Shown: in pieces, positions 37,945-47,714 of the stretch
Position numbering within the stretch: position 1 is the stretch's first letter
Layout of the letters: the number at the start of each line of letters is the position of its first letter
Virus record (IMG/VR): IMGVR_UViG_3300031857_000055
Span: 1-64,000 of that record
Reading direction: 5' to 3' (one strand)
Source: a virus
DNA: 64,000 bases
Program-made: the position numbers and the translations under genes
The notes under the pieces: generated by a model
Told to the model about the DNA's origin: nothing
The model's database searches: none
Seen by the model: only the letters and a program-made list of their open reading frames with translations

Positions 37945-39183
37945 ATGGCATATACAATAGTTAAAAGCGATGGTACAGTACTTACCACCATTCCAGATGG
38001 TACGATAGATACTACCAGTACCTCTCTTGGATTACCAGGAAGAAGCTTTTCCGGTTATGGACAAGCTCAAGACACAAACTTTGTTCACTTAACAGAAAAT
38101 TTTGCTTCTTCTACTCCTCCTCCTAATCCTATTAGAGGTCAGCTTTGGTACAACACAACTACTAACACGATGCTTGTGTGTCCAGCAGACGGAGAAGCAA
38201 ACGCAGCAGCTTGGTTAGCACTAACTTCAACATCAAGTGGTTCTACTACTACATTCGGTAACATTTCAGTAAGCGGGTCAATCACAACTTCTGAATTGAC
38301 AGTAGACAATGAAATTTCAGCCGGCTCAATATCAACCGACTCATTGACTGTTACTAATGACGCAAACATTGCTAATGCTACTCTATCGGGAACTACCACA
38401 ATTGCAAGCACTCAAACAGCAATTATTACAACAGGCGCAGCCGCTACAAACGGTAGCTTGACAGGAACTTGGACAGTATCCGGTAATGGTGTAGCTAATA
38501 GTGTTAACGGAACTGCTCTTTGGGTTACAGACGGTAACCTTGTAATTTCAGGCGCAGGTAGTATCGGTATACGAACCGATAACTATATGTACGCAAACGG
38601 AGTATCCATTCCACTAGGCGGTACATATGGTAACAGTAACGTAGCAGCATACTTACCAACATATGCAGCAAACATCGGCCCCGTAGGCGGCGCAGCAGTG
38701 TTTAATGGTAGAACTTTATCTACTGGTGCAAATACAACTACTGGTAACATTACAGGTAACTGGTCATTAACTGCTGGCTCACGCCTCAACGCTACTTACG
38801 CTGACCTTGCAGAACGTTTCGCAGCAGATGAAGTGTATGAACCAGGTACTGTAGTAGAATTGGGCGGCGAAAAAGAAATCACAATTGCAAAAGATGAACT
38901 GTCAGAGAAGATATTCGGTGTTGTTTCAAACACTGCTGCCTACTTGATGAACGCTGGTGCCGGTGACGATGATACTCACCCTGCAATTGCGCTTGCCGGA
39001 CGAGCTTCAGTTAAAGTTGTCGGCTCTATTAAAAAGGGTGATAGACTTGTAAGCGCCGGAAATGGAGTAGCAAGAGCAGCCTCTGAAGCTGAAGCAACTG
39101 CGTTCAACACTATTGGTAGATCATTAATAAATAAAGATACAGAAGACGCCGGCATTATTGAAGCCGTTGTTATGATAAGATAA
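37945..39183 (+). CDS. Short tail fibre with C-terminal intramolecular chaperone / autocleavage (peptidase G2-like) domain
   Basis: N-terminal about 280 aa paralogous to the 35334 fibre. C-terminal YADLAERF...YEPGTVV...GVVS..AYLMN...IALAGR..VKVVG.IKKGDRLVS...IGRSL. Confidence 0.8.
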   Translation: MAYTIVKSDGTVLTTIPDGTIDTTSTSLGLPGRSFSGYGQAQDTNFVHLTENFASSTPPPNPIRGQLWYNTTTNTMLVCPADGEANAAAWLALTSTSSGSTTTFGNISVSGSITTSELTVDNEISAGSISTDSLTVTNDANIANATLSGTTTIASTQTAIITTGAAATNGSLTGTWTVSGNGVANSVNGTALWVTDGNLVISGAGSIGIRTDNYMYANGVSIPLGGTYGNSNVAAYLPTYAANIGPVGGAAVFNGRTLSTGANTTTGNITGNWSLTAGSRLNATYADLAERFAADEVYEPGTVVELGGEKEITIAKDELSEKIFGVVSNTAAYLMNAGAGDDDTHPAIALAGRASVKVVGSIKKGDRLVSAGNGVARAASEAEATAFNTIGRSLINKDTEDAGIIEAVVMIR

Positions 39184-39198
39184 TAATAAGGATTTAAG

Positions 39199-40152
39199 AT
39201 GGCCTACGCTCAATTCGCTACAATAGATGCAGCAGACTTTAATACGCTCGTAGGTGGCAACCCCACTACGACTGTTAATACGCTAAACGCAACTTGGGCA
39301 GTAGGTGGCGGCGCCGCCGGTTACGGACAGACTGCTGTAGCAAACGTTGCTGCAGGAACTAATATTCTGGCAAGCACTCAGTGGGCATCACTCGTCTCTA
39401 ATACAGCAAGTGCAGCATCGCATCAAGGGTCTAGTATTACAAGCGTCTCTACTCCGGTTGCGGGCGGGGTAATTACATTCAATGCAGCTATTCCTACTAA
39501 CTTGACAACTATCTATACCAATAGACTAAATGCAGCGGCACAAGGTTCATCTACAAACAACACAGCTACTAGAGGTACTACTTGGTCAAACCAATTGACA
39601 TTCACTCACACTGCTACATTTGCTAACGGTAACGCTGCTCGCTATTTCTTCAATGCTGGTGGTCAAATTAGAATGACTGTATCACATCCTAGCGGTACCG
39701 GAATTAATCTATTGTTTAACAATTTGGCAAGTAACGTAGGCACAGTAGTAATGTCTGCCCCTACATCAGGATCAGTATCTATTGCCGGACTATCATATAA
39801 CGGAATAACTAAAATAGGCGGCGGCGGAAACGCTCCTACTATTTCTCAGAATACTGGTTACTATGCGTTGACTACAGCTAATGCCAACGTATTCACTCAG
39901 ACTGCAAGTACAGGTCCAAGTGGGTATCTATCATCGTTCATTCGTTTCATCGTTCAGAGTAACGGTACGCAGGGTTCTAACGGTGACGCTGGCTCAGTAA
40001 TCACTGTTCACACTGTCTGGGACGAAATTCCAGACGGGTTAGTAGTAGCAAGTGGTTCTGCAACTACTATGACACTCACCCCTCCTGCAACTACTAACAT
40101 TGCTAACACTTGGGGCGCAGTCACGTTAACCGGTACTGTTACTGGTTCCTAA
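39199..40152 (+). CDS. Putative virion structural protein (fibre-tip / adhesin candidate)
   Basis: T/A/G/N-rich 317-aa protein with ARYFFNAGGQI, following the fibre genes, with AAGGA upstream. Confidence 0.55.
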   Translation: MAYAQFATIDAADFNTLVGGNPTTTVNTLNATWAVGGGAAGYGQTAVANVAAGTNILASTQWASLVSNTASAASHQGSSITSVSTPVAGGVITFNAAIPTNLTTIYTNRLNAAAQGSSTNNTATRGTTWSNQLTFTHTATFANGNAARYFFNAGGQIRMTVSHPSGTGINLLFNNLASNVGTVVMSAPTSGSVSIAGLSYNGITKIGGGGNAPTISQNTGYYALTTANANVFTQTASTGPSGYLSSFIRFIVQSNGTQGSNGDAGSVITVHTVWDEIPDGLVVASGSATTMTLTPPATTNIANTWGAVTLTGTVTGS

Positions 40153-40178
40153 CTTTTTTAATCGCATAGGGGTATCCA

Positions 40179-40186
40179 TCTAAATA
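40179..40186 (+). promoter_or_regulatory. Putative late promoter (TCTAAATA) heading the enzyme cluster
   Basis: Intergenic TAAATA box followed by AGGAG and ATG 40203. Confidence 0.6.
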
Positions 40187-40202
40187 CTCTTAGGAGTTTA
40201 CG

Positions 40203-40508
40203 ATGGATACTAAAACCTTAATTACCGAAGCAAAAGCTCGTTTTGCTCACAACTCAGCAAAAGATTATCTAAAAGAAAAGTACAATGCAAAGCTATTAGT
40301 AGCAGAGCAGGGTGGTCTATGGCGTGCTGACAAAGAAACTATCTCTTTCTTAACAGCATTCTTGAATGAAGAAGTCGTTCTCATGGATACGTTTGACAAT
40401 CCAGTAAAGGTTAATAGACAAGACCTTAAAGACAAGTTGTGTGAAACTTATTATAGAGTGATGAACGAATGGCACAATGAGTGGAAAGAGCTTGAAAGTA
40501 AGAGATAA
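40203..40508 (+). CDS. Hypothetical protein (weak resemblance to DUF4376-like fibre-associated proteins)
   Basis: Strong AGGAG RBS and a GGLWRAD...LMDTFDNPVKV pattern. The family resemblance is from memory only. Confidence 0.6.
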   Translation: MDTKTLITEAKARFAHNSAKDYLKEKYNAKLLVAEQGGLWRADKETISFLTAFLNEEVVLMDTFDNPVKVNRQDLKDKLCETYYRVMNEWHNEWKELESKR

Positions 40509-40509
40509 C

Positions 40510-40683
40510 ATGACCGAACTGGTATACGATTCAGATAACGGCATCATCGCATTAGCATTACAAATGTACGTTCACTACGCTACTGAAATGGGCGGCGATC
40601 AGCATTTGATTGACAGAGCAGGTGAACTAGAGTTTATCTTTAAGAATAAACCTACAACAGAAAGATACGAGTGGCCAGAATGA
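40510..40683 (+). CDS. Small hypothetical protein (57 aa)
   Basis: MTELVYDSDNG...YEWPE fills the gap and overlaps the next start by ATGA. Confidence 0.55.
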   Translation: MTELVYDSDNGIIALALQMYVHYATEMGGDQHLIDRAGELEFIFKNKPTTERYEWPE

Positions 40684-41486
40684 CTCGTGGCGTAATACTA
40701 TTTGCCTTTAATAGTCCCAAATACAATTACTATGATATGGCTAAACATACTGCAAAGCGTGTTGAGCATTTCTTAAAGTTGCCTGTTACGTTAGTAACAG
40801 ATGACGATTCTATGCCTAAAGACGAGTACGAACTTTGGGATAAAGTAATAAAAATCAAACCGGACAAGAATAACTTTCGTGACTGGGGTATGTGGATCAA
40901 TAAGGGCCGCTATATGGCATATGAATTAAGCCCGTATGACGAGTCACTATTGTTGGATGTAGACTATATCATCAACTCAAACAAACTACTAACCTTATTT
41001 GATATTGACACAGACTTTTGCTGCCACAATAGAACTAATTTCTTAATGAATGTTGGTGCAGCACAAGAACTACTAAGCGCATATAGTTATGAAACACTAT
41101 GGGCTACTGTTGTGAAGTTCCGCAAGTCTAATCGTGCAGAACAAATTTTTAAATGTTTAGAAATGGTACAAAAGAACTATGAACACTACGCCAACATTCA
41201 TAATTTTATCGCCCCTGTATATCGTAACGATTATGCTCTTACTCTCGCCCTTCGCATTGCTAACGGCCATAGTAGTGATTCCCGCGATGTTATTCCTTGG
41301 GATTTATTGCACGTTGGAAAAAACACGCAAGTTTATCGTGATGGTGATGACCAGCTCGGCACAGAGTATACGGTCATGTTTGACAACTGGCAACGGGGCA
41401 AAATAAGAAAAGAGTATATCACAATCAAAGACCAAGACTTCCACGTGATGGATAAAGAAATATACGTGGAGATGATTAATGAATAA
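40680..41486 (+). CDS. GT-A fold glycosyltransferase (GT8-like)
   Basis: RGVILFAFN, SPYDESLLLDVDY (DxD), RNDYAL and FHVMDK motifs. Confidence 0.7.
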   Translation: MTRGVILFAFNSPKYNYYDMAKHTAKRVEHFLKLPVTLVTDDDSMPKDEYELWDKVIKIKPDKNNFRDWGMWINKGRYMAYELSPYDESLLLDVDYIINSNKLLTLFDIDTDFCCHNRTNFLMNVGAAQELLSAYSYETLWATVVKFRKSNRAEQIFKCLEMVQKNYEHYANIHNFIAPVYRNDYALTLALRIANGHSSDSRDVIPWDLLHVGKNTQVYRDGDDQLGTEYTVMFDNWQRGKIRKEYITIKDQDFHVMDKEIYVEMINE

Positions 41487-42237
41487 AGGCTTTGTCATTA
41501 TGGCGCAGGGACTTGACTATGAAGTTTGCGCCGATGTTCTTAAGGATAGCATATTAAATGTGATGCCTGATGCTAACGTAACAATCATTACTACTGATAT
41601 GCTTCCATATGGCGATCAAGCTCCCGACACTGATTGGAAGCTACAGAATGATTGGCAAGTATACGAAGCAAGCCCTTACGAGTATACTATCAAGCTTGAA
41701 GCTGATATGTATTTGCCAAGGTCAATTGAATATTGGTGGGATGTACTACAGAATAGAGACTTAGTAGTAAGCACTACAATCAGAAACTTCAAGCAAGAAA
41801 TATCGGATATCAAAGCATATCGTAGATTCATTACTGACAACAATCTACCTGATACTTATAACGCTATTACGTATTTCCGCAAGAGTGAATTAGCAGAAAA
41901 GTTCTTCAATATTGTGCGTGACGTATTTGAGAATTGGGCTGAGTATAAATCTGTTCTCAAGTGTAACGTTGATGAGATTTGTACTACAGACTGGGCTTAT
42001 GCTATCGCTGCACACATCCTGGGTGAAGAGAATACTACGCTACCTCAATTCAAAGAAATGTCAATGATTCACATGAAGCAATTCATTAATGGTTGTCCTA
42101 CAGAGAAATGGACAGACAATTTGATTTATGAGAAGCTTCCGCACACTTTCAGAATCAATACTATTCCGCAATTGTATCCATTACACTACCATGTAAAAAG
42201 CTTAGCCAAAGAAATCAAGGGGAATAACAATGGATGA
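41479..42237 (+). CDS. GT-A fold glycosyltransferase (GT8-like), paralogue of the upstream gene
   Basis: KGFVIMAQ, SPYEYTIKLEADM (ExD), TTDWAYAIA, IHMK and LHYHVK motifs. Confidence 0.68.
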   Translation: MNKGFVIMAQGLDYEVCADVLKDSILNVMPDANVTIITTDMLPYGDQAPDTDWKLQNDWQVYEASPYEYTIKLEADMYLPRSIEYWWDVLQNRDLVVSTTIRNFKQEISDIKAYRRFITDNNLPDTYNAITYFRKSELAEKFFNIVRDVFENWAEYKSVLKCNVDEICTTDWAYAIAAHILGEENTTLPQFKEMSMIHMKQFINGCPTEKWTDNLIYEKLPHTFRINTIPQLYPLHYHVKSLAKEIKGNNNG

Positions 42238-42550
42238 AGTAATTGTTATTTGGGAAAGTCAGAAGGTTGACAAGCCAGAGTTTAGGCTGTATTATGATGA
42301 CAAGGGCTGTGTTATTAACTACACATGTGAACCTCATGAGGGTAACTATATTGTTATTGATGCCCTAACATTTGCTGAGGCTAGACCCGACATTAAAGTT
42401 ATTGACGGGAAGATCATTAAAAATCATTTTGGTTCAGTGATGAGTAAACTATGCAAAGACACTGAGGGTGTTCTTTGTGAGGTTGAAGACATAAGCATTA
42501 TCACTGAAACTGACGGACAACATTGGAAATTAAAAACTTATGAATTATGA
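42230..42550 (+). CDS. Hypothetical protein
   Basis: 106-aa ORF overlapping both neighbours, with GGGG upstream. Confidence 0.65.
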   Translation: MDEVIVIWESQKVDKPEFRLYYDDKGCVINYTCEPHEGNYIVIDALTFAEARPDIKVIDGKIIKNHFGSVMSKLCKDTEGVLCEVEDISIITETDGQHWKLKTYEL

Positions 42551-43490
42551 TGACATTGTAGATATCGCAGACCTAGACTGCATCTATCTAAGCTATGACG
42601 AACCTCAGAAAGAAGAATTCTGGATCAAGATTAAGAACATGGTTCCGTGGGCTAAGCGAGTAGACGGAGTTAAGGGTAGTGATGCTGCACACAAGGCAGC
42701 AGGAGAAGCAAGTGAGACAGAACGTTTCATTCTCATTGACGGCGACAACATGCCGGACGAAGACTTCTTCAATCTACAGTTAGACTTTACAGGATTAGAT
42801 GAAAACTACAAGTTAGCGCAATATCGTTGGAGAGCGGTCAACGCAATCAACGGTCTGCGTTATGGCAACGGCGGTATGAGTTCTTGGACTAAGACTTATG
42901 TTGCCAACATGAAGACCCATGAGACAAGTGACGGAAGTGATACAACAGCGGTTGATTTCTGCATGGATTCTTCAGATAATCTATACTGGGCAATGCACGA
43001 TTGCTACTCTACAACGTATCCTAACTACACTCCCTTCCAAGCGTGGAGAGCAGGATTCCGTGAAGGTGTCAAGATGGTGCTTGATCGGGGTGCAAAGCCC
43101 AGTATAGACGAATTTCGTGAACGAGTTGCTGGACGCAATCTAAACAATCTTACTATTTGGCATAACGTTGGCGCAGATGTAGAGAATGGTCTTTGGGCTA
43201 TCTATGGTGCAAGATTAGGCACGCATATGACCATGCTTACTGATTGGAATTATCGTGATGTTGCAGACTTTGACAACTACCCTGCATTGTGGGACAAATA
43301 TAAGCACAACAATCCAGTCCTTAGTGCTGGGTTTATCGGAGAAGAACTTGAGAGTAAGTTAGGATTACCAATGTGTACTCTTGATGCTGAACAGTCTAAG
43401 TTCTTCAAGCGCCACTATAATTCAGACAAGTATAACATGGGTCCTCTCGTTAAGGAGATGGACGTAATCCGCAGAATTGAAGGATGGTAA
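42540..43490 (+). CDS. GT-A fold glycosyltransferase-like protein (GT2-like)
   Basis: LSYDEP, RVDGVKGSDAAHKAA, FILIDGDN (DxD), YGNGG and QAWRAGFREGVK motifs. Confidence 0.65.
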   Translation: MNYDDIVDIADLDCIYLSYDEPQKEEFWIKIKNMVPWAKRVDGVKGSDAAHKAAGEASETERFILIDGDNMPDEDFFNLQLDFTGLDENYKLAQYRWRAVNAINGLRYGNGGMSSWTKTYVANMKTHETSDGSDTTAVDFCMDSSDNLYWAMHDCYSTTYPNYTPFQAWRAGFREGVKMVLDRGAKPSIDEFRERVAGRNLNNLTIWHNVGADVENGLWAIYGARLGTHMTMLTDWNYRDVADFDNYPALWDKYKHNNPVLSAGFIGEELESKLGLPMCTLDAEQSKFFKRHYNSDKYNMGPLVKEMDVIRRIEGW

Positions 43491-44887
43491 TGTCAGAATC
43501 AGAAACAGACAGAATTAAAAGAATCCGCGACTTTATTGATGTGAACACTACGCCTACATTCTGTTTGGCTAAGTGGCAGCATGTCACAATGTATCTACAG
43601 TCGGGTGAGACACACTCTTGCTATCACCCAAAGCCGCACAAGATTCCATTAGCTGAGTTAAAAGATAACCCAAGTGCATTGCATAATACGATGCACAAGA
43701 AGCTTGAGCGTAAAGAAATGCTTGAGGGGAAGAAGCCAGAAGGCTGTCAATATTGCTGGAACATTGAAGAAATGGGCCCTGACTATATCAGCGACAGACA
43801 TATTCGCAACGCAAGTATTTTTACAAAGGAACGCTATGAACAAGCCAGTAAGGGAGCCTGGGACCAAAACATCAACCCAGAGTATTTGGAAATTAATTTT
43901 GGTAACGAGTGTAATTTTAAATGCGGCTATTGCCATCCGAAATATAGTACAAGATTCTACAAAGAAATAGAAGACTTCGGTCCTGTTGAGAACGTAAAGA
44001 ATCATCGCTGCGATGTTGACTGGATGAAGCTATTTCAACGTGAAGAAGAAAACCCGTATGTTGATGCTTTCTGGGAATGGTGGCCTGAGCTACGCAAGAC
44101 ACTAAACATCATGCGTGTTACCGGTGGCGAACCCACACTGCACAAGTCAACATGGACACTGTTAGATAAGATTGATGAAGACCCAATGCCCTGGCTTGAG
44201 CTTAACATCAATAGCAATCTCGGCACTAAGAATATTCTTATTGATCGCCTTGCCGTCAAAGTAAAGAAGCTGGTAGACGAAAAGAAAATTCGTGCATTCA
44301 AGCTGTTTACAAGCATGGACACATGGGGTGAACGTGCTGAGTATATTCGCACTGGTCTTGAATTAGAGCTATGGGAAAAGAATTTTCACACCTATGTTCA
44401 AAAGAGTGAAAGCCCCATCACATTCATGATCACGTTCAACATCTTCTCAGTGACGAGCTTCAAGAGCTTGCTTGAGAAGTTCTTAGAGTGGCGCAGACAA
44501 TATGGCTGGGATGAAGAACGCAAGCAGCATATCATTCGCTTTGACACGCCGTATCTACGTGAGCCTATTCAATACGATATGAACATTCTTCCTAAGGAAC
44601 AGTTCATGCCCTACATGTACGAGTCATTGAAGTTTATGGAAGACAACTTAGATGACACTCGTGCAGACGCCTTCAGCACAATTGAATATGAAAAGTTCAA
44701 ACGAGTTGTTGACTATATGGCAGAAACAGTGTATAGTGAAGACAAGCTAATTGAAGGTCGCAGAGATTTCTATAATTGGTTTAATGAATTGGATGATCGT
44801 CGTGAGAATGATTTGTTGACTGTCTTCCCAGAAATGATGGATTTTTATAAATTATGTCAACAAGTAAATTTGACGAACCCTCTCTGA
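43490..44887 (+). CDS. Radical SAM enzyme with N-terminal twitch/SPASM-like domain (1)
   Basis: FCLAKW...HSCYH...GCQYCW, then CNFKCGYC (CX3CX2C), TGGEP and AEYIRTG. TAATG coupling sets the start at 43490. Confidence 0.9.
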   Translation: MSESETDRIKRIRDFIDVNTTPTFCLAKWQHVTMYLQSGETHSCYHPKPHKIPLAELKDNPSALHNTMHKKLERKEMLEGKKPEGCQYCWNIEEMGPDYISDRHIRNASIFTKERYEQASKGAWDQNINPEYLEINFGNECNFKCGYCHPKYSTRFYKEIEDFGPVENVKNHRCDVDWMKLFQREEENPYVDAFWEWWPELRKTLNIMRVTGGEPTLHKSTWTLLDKIDEDPMPWLELNINSNLGTKNILIDRLAVKVKKLVDEKKIRAFKLFTSMDTWGERAEYIRTGLELELWEKNFHTYVQKSESPITFMITFNIFSVTSFKSLLEKFLEWRRQYGWDEERKQHIIRFDTPYLREPIQYDMNILPKEQFMPYMYESLKFMEDNLDDTRADAFSTIEYEKFKRVVDYMAETVYSEDKLIEGRRDFYNWFNELDDRRENDLLTVFPEMMDFYKLCQQVNLTNPL

Positions 44888-45114
44888 GAAATAGAAAATG
44901 GGAGTGCATTGGTATGGATATGCCTAGCCAAAATGCCGTATATAATATCCGTGCGCAAGAAATCAGAGATTGGATTGAAGAACAACCGACAGTCATGTGG
45001 GCGCAGTATGGTATAGATGAGATTTACGAGGGTAAACCTATATCTGCAATGTTTGGGCAGAACTATGTCTTTACAGAAGAAATGGAGGCGTGGTTCACGT
45101 TAAGATGGGTATGA
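44854..45114 (+). CDS. Small hypothetical protein ending in WFTLRWV (start uncertain, 44854 or 44914)
   Basis: Fills the gap between two radical SAM genes and is ATGA-coupled to 45111. Confidence 0.6.
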   Translation: MSTSKFDEPSLRNRKWECIGMDMPSQNAVYNIRAQEIRDWIEEQPTVMWAQYGIDEIYEGKPISAMFGQNYVFTEEMEAWFTLRWV

Positions 45115-46373
45115 ATTTAACAGATAAAGCAAAGAATAGCAAAACTTTTTGTGTGTATCCCTGGATACACATTCATACCAGTCCAATGGGAGCTATTGCA
45201 CCATGCTGCATAGGGGCGTCGGTGTCAAACACCGATTTAGCCGACGAAGTAAAAGGAAAACGTCTTGATGATTTAGTAAATCATGACAGAATCAAGCAGT
45301 TACGGTTAGACATGCTTGCAGGAAAAAAATGTAGTGAATGTAAAATCTGTTATGAATTAGAAGATGCAGGGGTTGATAGTTTTAGAGTAACGGGCTTGAG
45401 AGAATATCCTGAGGTCGCTGAGGAATTAGTAACTGACACTAATATAGATGGATCACTGTCTAATTTTGAAATGCGTTATTTTGATATGCGCTTTAGTAAC
45501 ATTTGTAACTTCAAGTGTAGAACTTGCGGTCAAGAATATAGCAGTCAGTGGGAACAAGAAAATCTACGAAACAACGTATCATATGCAAGGATGTTTTCTA
45601 AAGGTGCCGAAACTGAATTACTTGAAGATGTGTTAGAACAAGTACCCAACTTTGAAACTGCGTATTTTGCAGGCGGTGAACCTCTGATTACCGAAGAACA
45701 TTATATTATCCTAGAAGAAATGATTCGTAAAGGTAAGACTGATGTGGCATTGCGGTATAATACTAACATGAGCAATATTAAATTCAAGAACAAGGATTTA
45801 ATGTCTCTTTGGAAAAACTTTAAACATGTTAATGTATCTGCGAGTATTGATCATTACGGTGAGAGAGCAGAATATATTAGGCATGGTACTAACTGGTCAG
45901 TTGTAGAAGAAAACTTAAAGATAGCTAAAGAATCAGCCGTGGTTAACTTATCCTTAAATACTGTTCTGAGCGTGTTTAACTTTTTTACCATTGACTCTTT
46001 TTACAAGTATATGCACCACGCTAACATCTATACTAAAAATAGTCCGGAATCAACATTATACTGCATGACCTCGCCTGATCACCTGGCATGTCATTGGTTG
46101 AATCCAGAACATAAACTTATAGGGAATGAGAGCTTAAGTAGAGCAATAAATTTTATGGAACAAGAAAATTTCCGAGAAGGTCACATCCGACATATCAAAG
46201 CAGCATTAAATTGGTCGTGCTCCAAAGACACTTCTGATAACATAGACGGGAGTGGTTATACTAACGCTATCAATTTCAGAAATTCTATTGAGGAACTAGA
46301 CAAGATCAGGGGAGAATCATTTGAGAAGGTATTTCCTGAATTGATTCCAATATTGGAATCTACATATGAATAA
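45111..46373 (+). CDS. Radical SAM enzyme with N-terminal twitch/SPASM-like domain (2)
   Basis: FCVYPWIH...APCC...ECKIC, CNFKCRTC, AGGEP and YNTN motifs. Confidence 0.92.
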   Translation: MNLTDKAKNSKTFCVYPWIHIHTSPMGAIAPCCIGASVSNTDLADEVKGKRLDDLVNHDRIKQLRLDMLAGKKCSECKICYELEDAGVDSFRVTGLREYPEVAEELVTDTNIDGSLSNFEMRYFDMRFSNICNFKCRTCGQEYSSQWEQENLRNNVSYARMFSKGAETELLEDVLEQVPNFETAYFAGGEPLITEEHYIILEEMIRKGKTDVALRYNTNMSNIKFKNKDLMSLWKNFKHVNVSASIDHYGERAEYIRHGTNWSVVEENLKIAKESAVVNLSLNTVLSVFNFFTIDSFYKYMHHANIYTKNSPESTLYCMTSPDHLACHWLNPEHKLIGNESLSRAINFMEQENFREGHIRHIKAALNWSCSKDTSDNIDGSGYTNAINFRNSIEELDKIRGESFEKVFPELIPILESTYE

Positions 46374-47595
46374 AGACTTTCTCTTAAACGATAGCAAGAC
46401 ATTTTGCATGTTCCCGTGGGTGCATTTAAATGCGACGCCTAAGGGTGACGTATATCCTTGCTGTAGTAATGACTATACAGACCCAGTTGGTAACACTAAG
46501 AATAATTCATTAGAAGAAATCTTTAACAGTCCAAAGATGAAAGAATTACGCTTGGATATGTTAAACGAGCGTAAAAATAAGATTTGCGACTTCTGCTATA
46601 AGCACGAAGAAGCTGGCCCGTATAGTTTCCGTAACTATAGCAAAGAACACTTTGGCAAATACTTTGATGAAATTGTACCCACCACACAAGATGATGGTAC
46701 TGTTGACGAATTCAAGATGAGATATTTTGATATCAGATTTAGTAACATTTGTAACTTTAAGTGCAGAACCTGTGGGTCAGAGTTTAGCTCTAAGTGGGGC
46801 GAAGAAATGCGCAAGAACTACGACCCTAATCATCCCGTGTTAATTCACGTTGATGATAATCGTGGCACAGTTCTTGATGAAGTGTTAGAGCATATTGAAC
46901 ATATTGATCTTGCATACTTTGCGGGCGGCGAACCACTCATCACTGATGAGCATTATACTATGCTTGAGGCAATGATTCGTAAGGGCCGCACTGACATTAC
47001 TCTACGCTATAACACAAATGCAAGCAATATCAAGTATAAAAAGCATGATGTACTTGATTTATGGAAGCATTTTAAAAAGATTGAACTAAGCTGTAGCATT
47101 GATCACTATGGCGAACGTGCTGAGTATATGCGTAAAGGAACAGACTGGGGAGTTGTAGAAAGCAATTTACTTACATTCCGTGAATTGGATTATGTTATCT
47201 TTCAGATGAATACTGTTTTCAGTATCTACAACTACCTCACTATCGGAGACTTTTATCAATATCTTAAGGATAAGAACATCGTGAGAACAGAAGATTGGTA
47301 TCATTCGCTCTATCTTGCCGTACATCCTAATTATTATTGTGCTAAAAGTCTCCCTAAAGAATTAAAAACAGTAGCAGGTGAAAAAGCATTAGCCTGGGCT
47401 AACGCTAATATGGACGACAAGACTTGTGTACCAAGACTCGTGGTAGATGCAGTGAACTTTGCGAACGATACCGATCAGTGGGGCGAAGTCAGAGACAAGT
47501 TCTTGATGCATACTAAGTCAGTTGACAGAATTAGAGGCGAAAACTTCTGGGAAACCTTCCCCGAATTAAATAGATTACAGGATTTATATGAATGA
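46366..47595 (+). CDS. Radical SAM enzyme with N-terminal twitch/SPASM-like domain (3), close paralogue of (2)
   Basis: FCMFPWVH...YPCC...CDFC. RFSNICNFKCRTCG and SIDHYGERAEY are shared verbatim with gene (2). Confidence 0.92.
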   Translation: MNKDFLLNDSKTFCMFPWVHLNATPKGDVYPCCSNDYTDPVGNTKNNSLEEIFNSPKMKELRLDMLNERKNKICDFCYKHEEAGPYSFRNYSKEHFGKYFDEIVPTTQDDGTVDEFKMRYFDIRFSNICNFKCRTCGSEFSSKWGEEMRKNYDPNHPVLIHVDDNRGTVLDEVLEHIEHIDLAYFAGGEPLITDEHYTMLEAMIRKGRTDITLRYNTNASNIKYKKHDVLDLWKHFKKIELSCSIDHYGERAEYMRKGTDWGVVESNLLTFRELDYVIFQMNTVFSIYNYLTIGDFYQYLKDKNIVRTEDWYHSLYLAVHPNYYCAKSLPKELKTVAGEKALAWANANMDDKTCVPRLVVDAVNFANDTDQWGEVRDKFLMHTKSVDRIRGENFWETFPELNRLQDLYE

Positions 47596-47714
47596 ACGAA
47601 AAGAAGTACTGTCCCCCATTATCATTGACCACTCAGTGGGAATTTTGGGCTTGGATTTATAATATGAAGCGAAATGACAGTGCAAGGTTCAAGAAGAAGA
47701 AACAGTATGATTGA
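47592..47714 (+). CDS. 40-aa Trp-rich basic peptide
   Basis: Not in the ORF track. It reads MNEKKYCPPLSLTTQWEFWAWIYNMKRNDSARFKKKKQYD, with AGGA about 9 nt upstream, an ATGA overlap with the previous stop and an 8-nt overlap with the next start. Confidence 0.55.
   Translation: MNEKKYCPPLSLTTQWEFWAWIYNMKRNDSARFKKKKQYD

Noticed and set aside
40150-40180. T-run after 40152 (and at 11469) as a rho-independent terminator
   Set aside because: No convincing GC-rich hairpin precedes the T tract.
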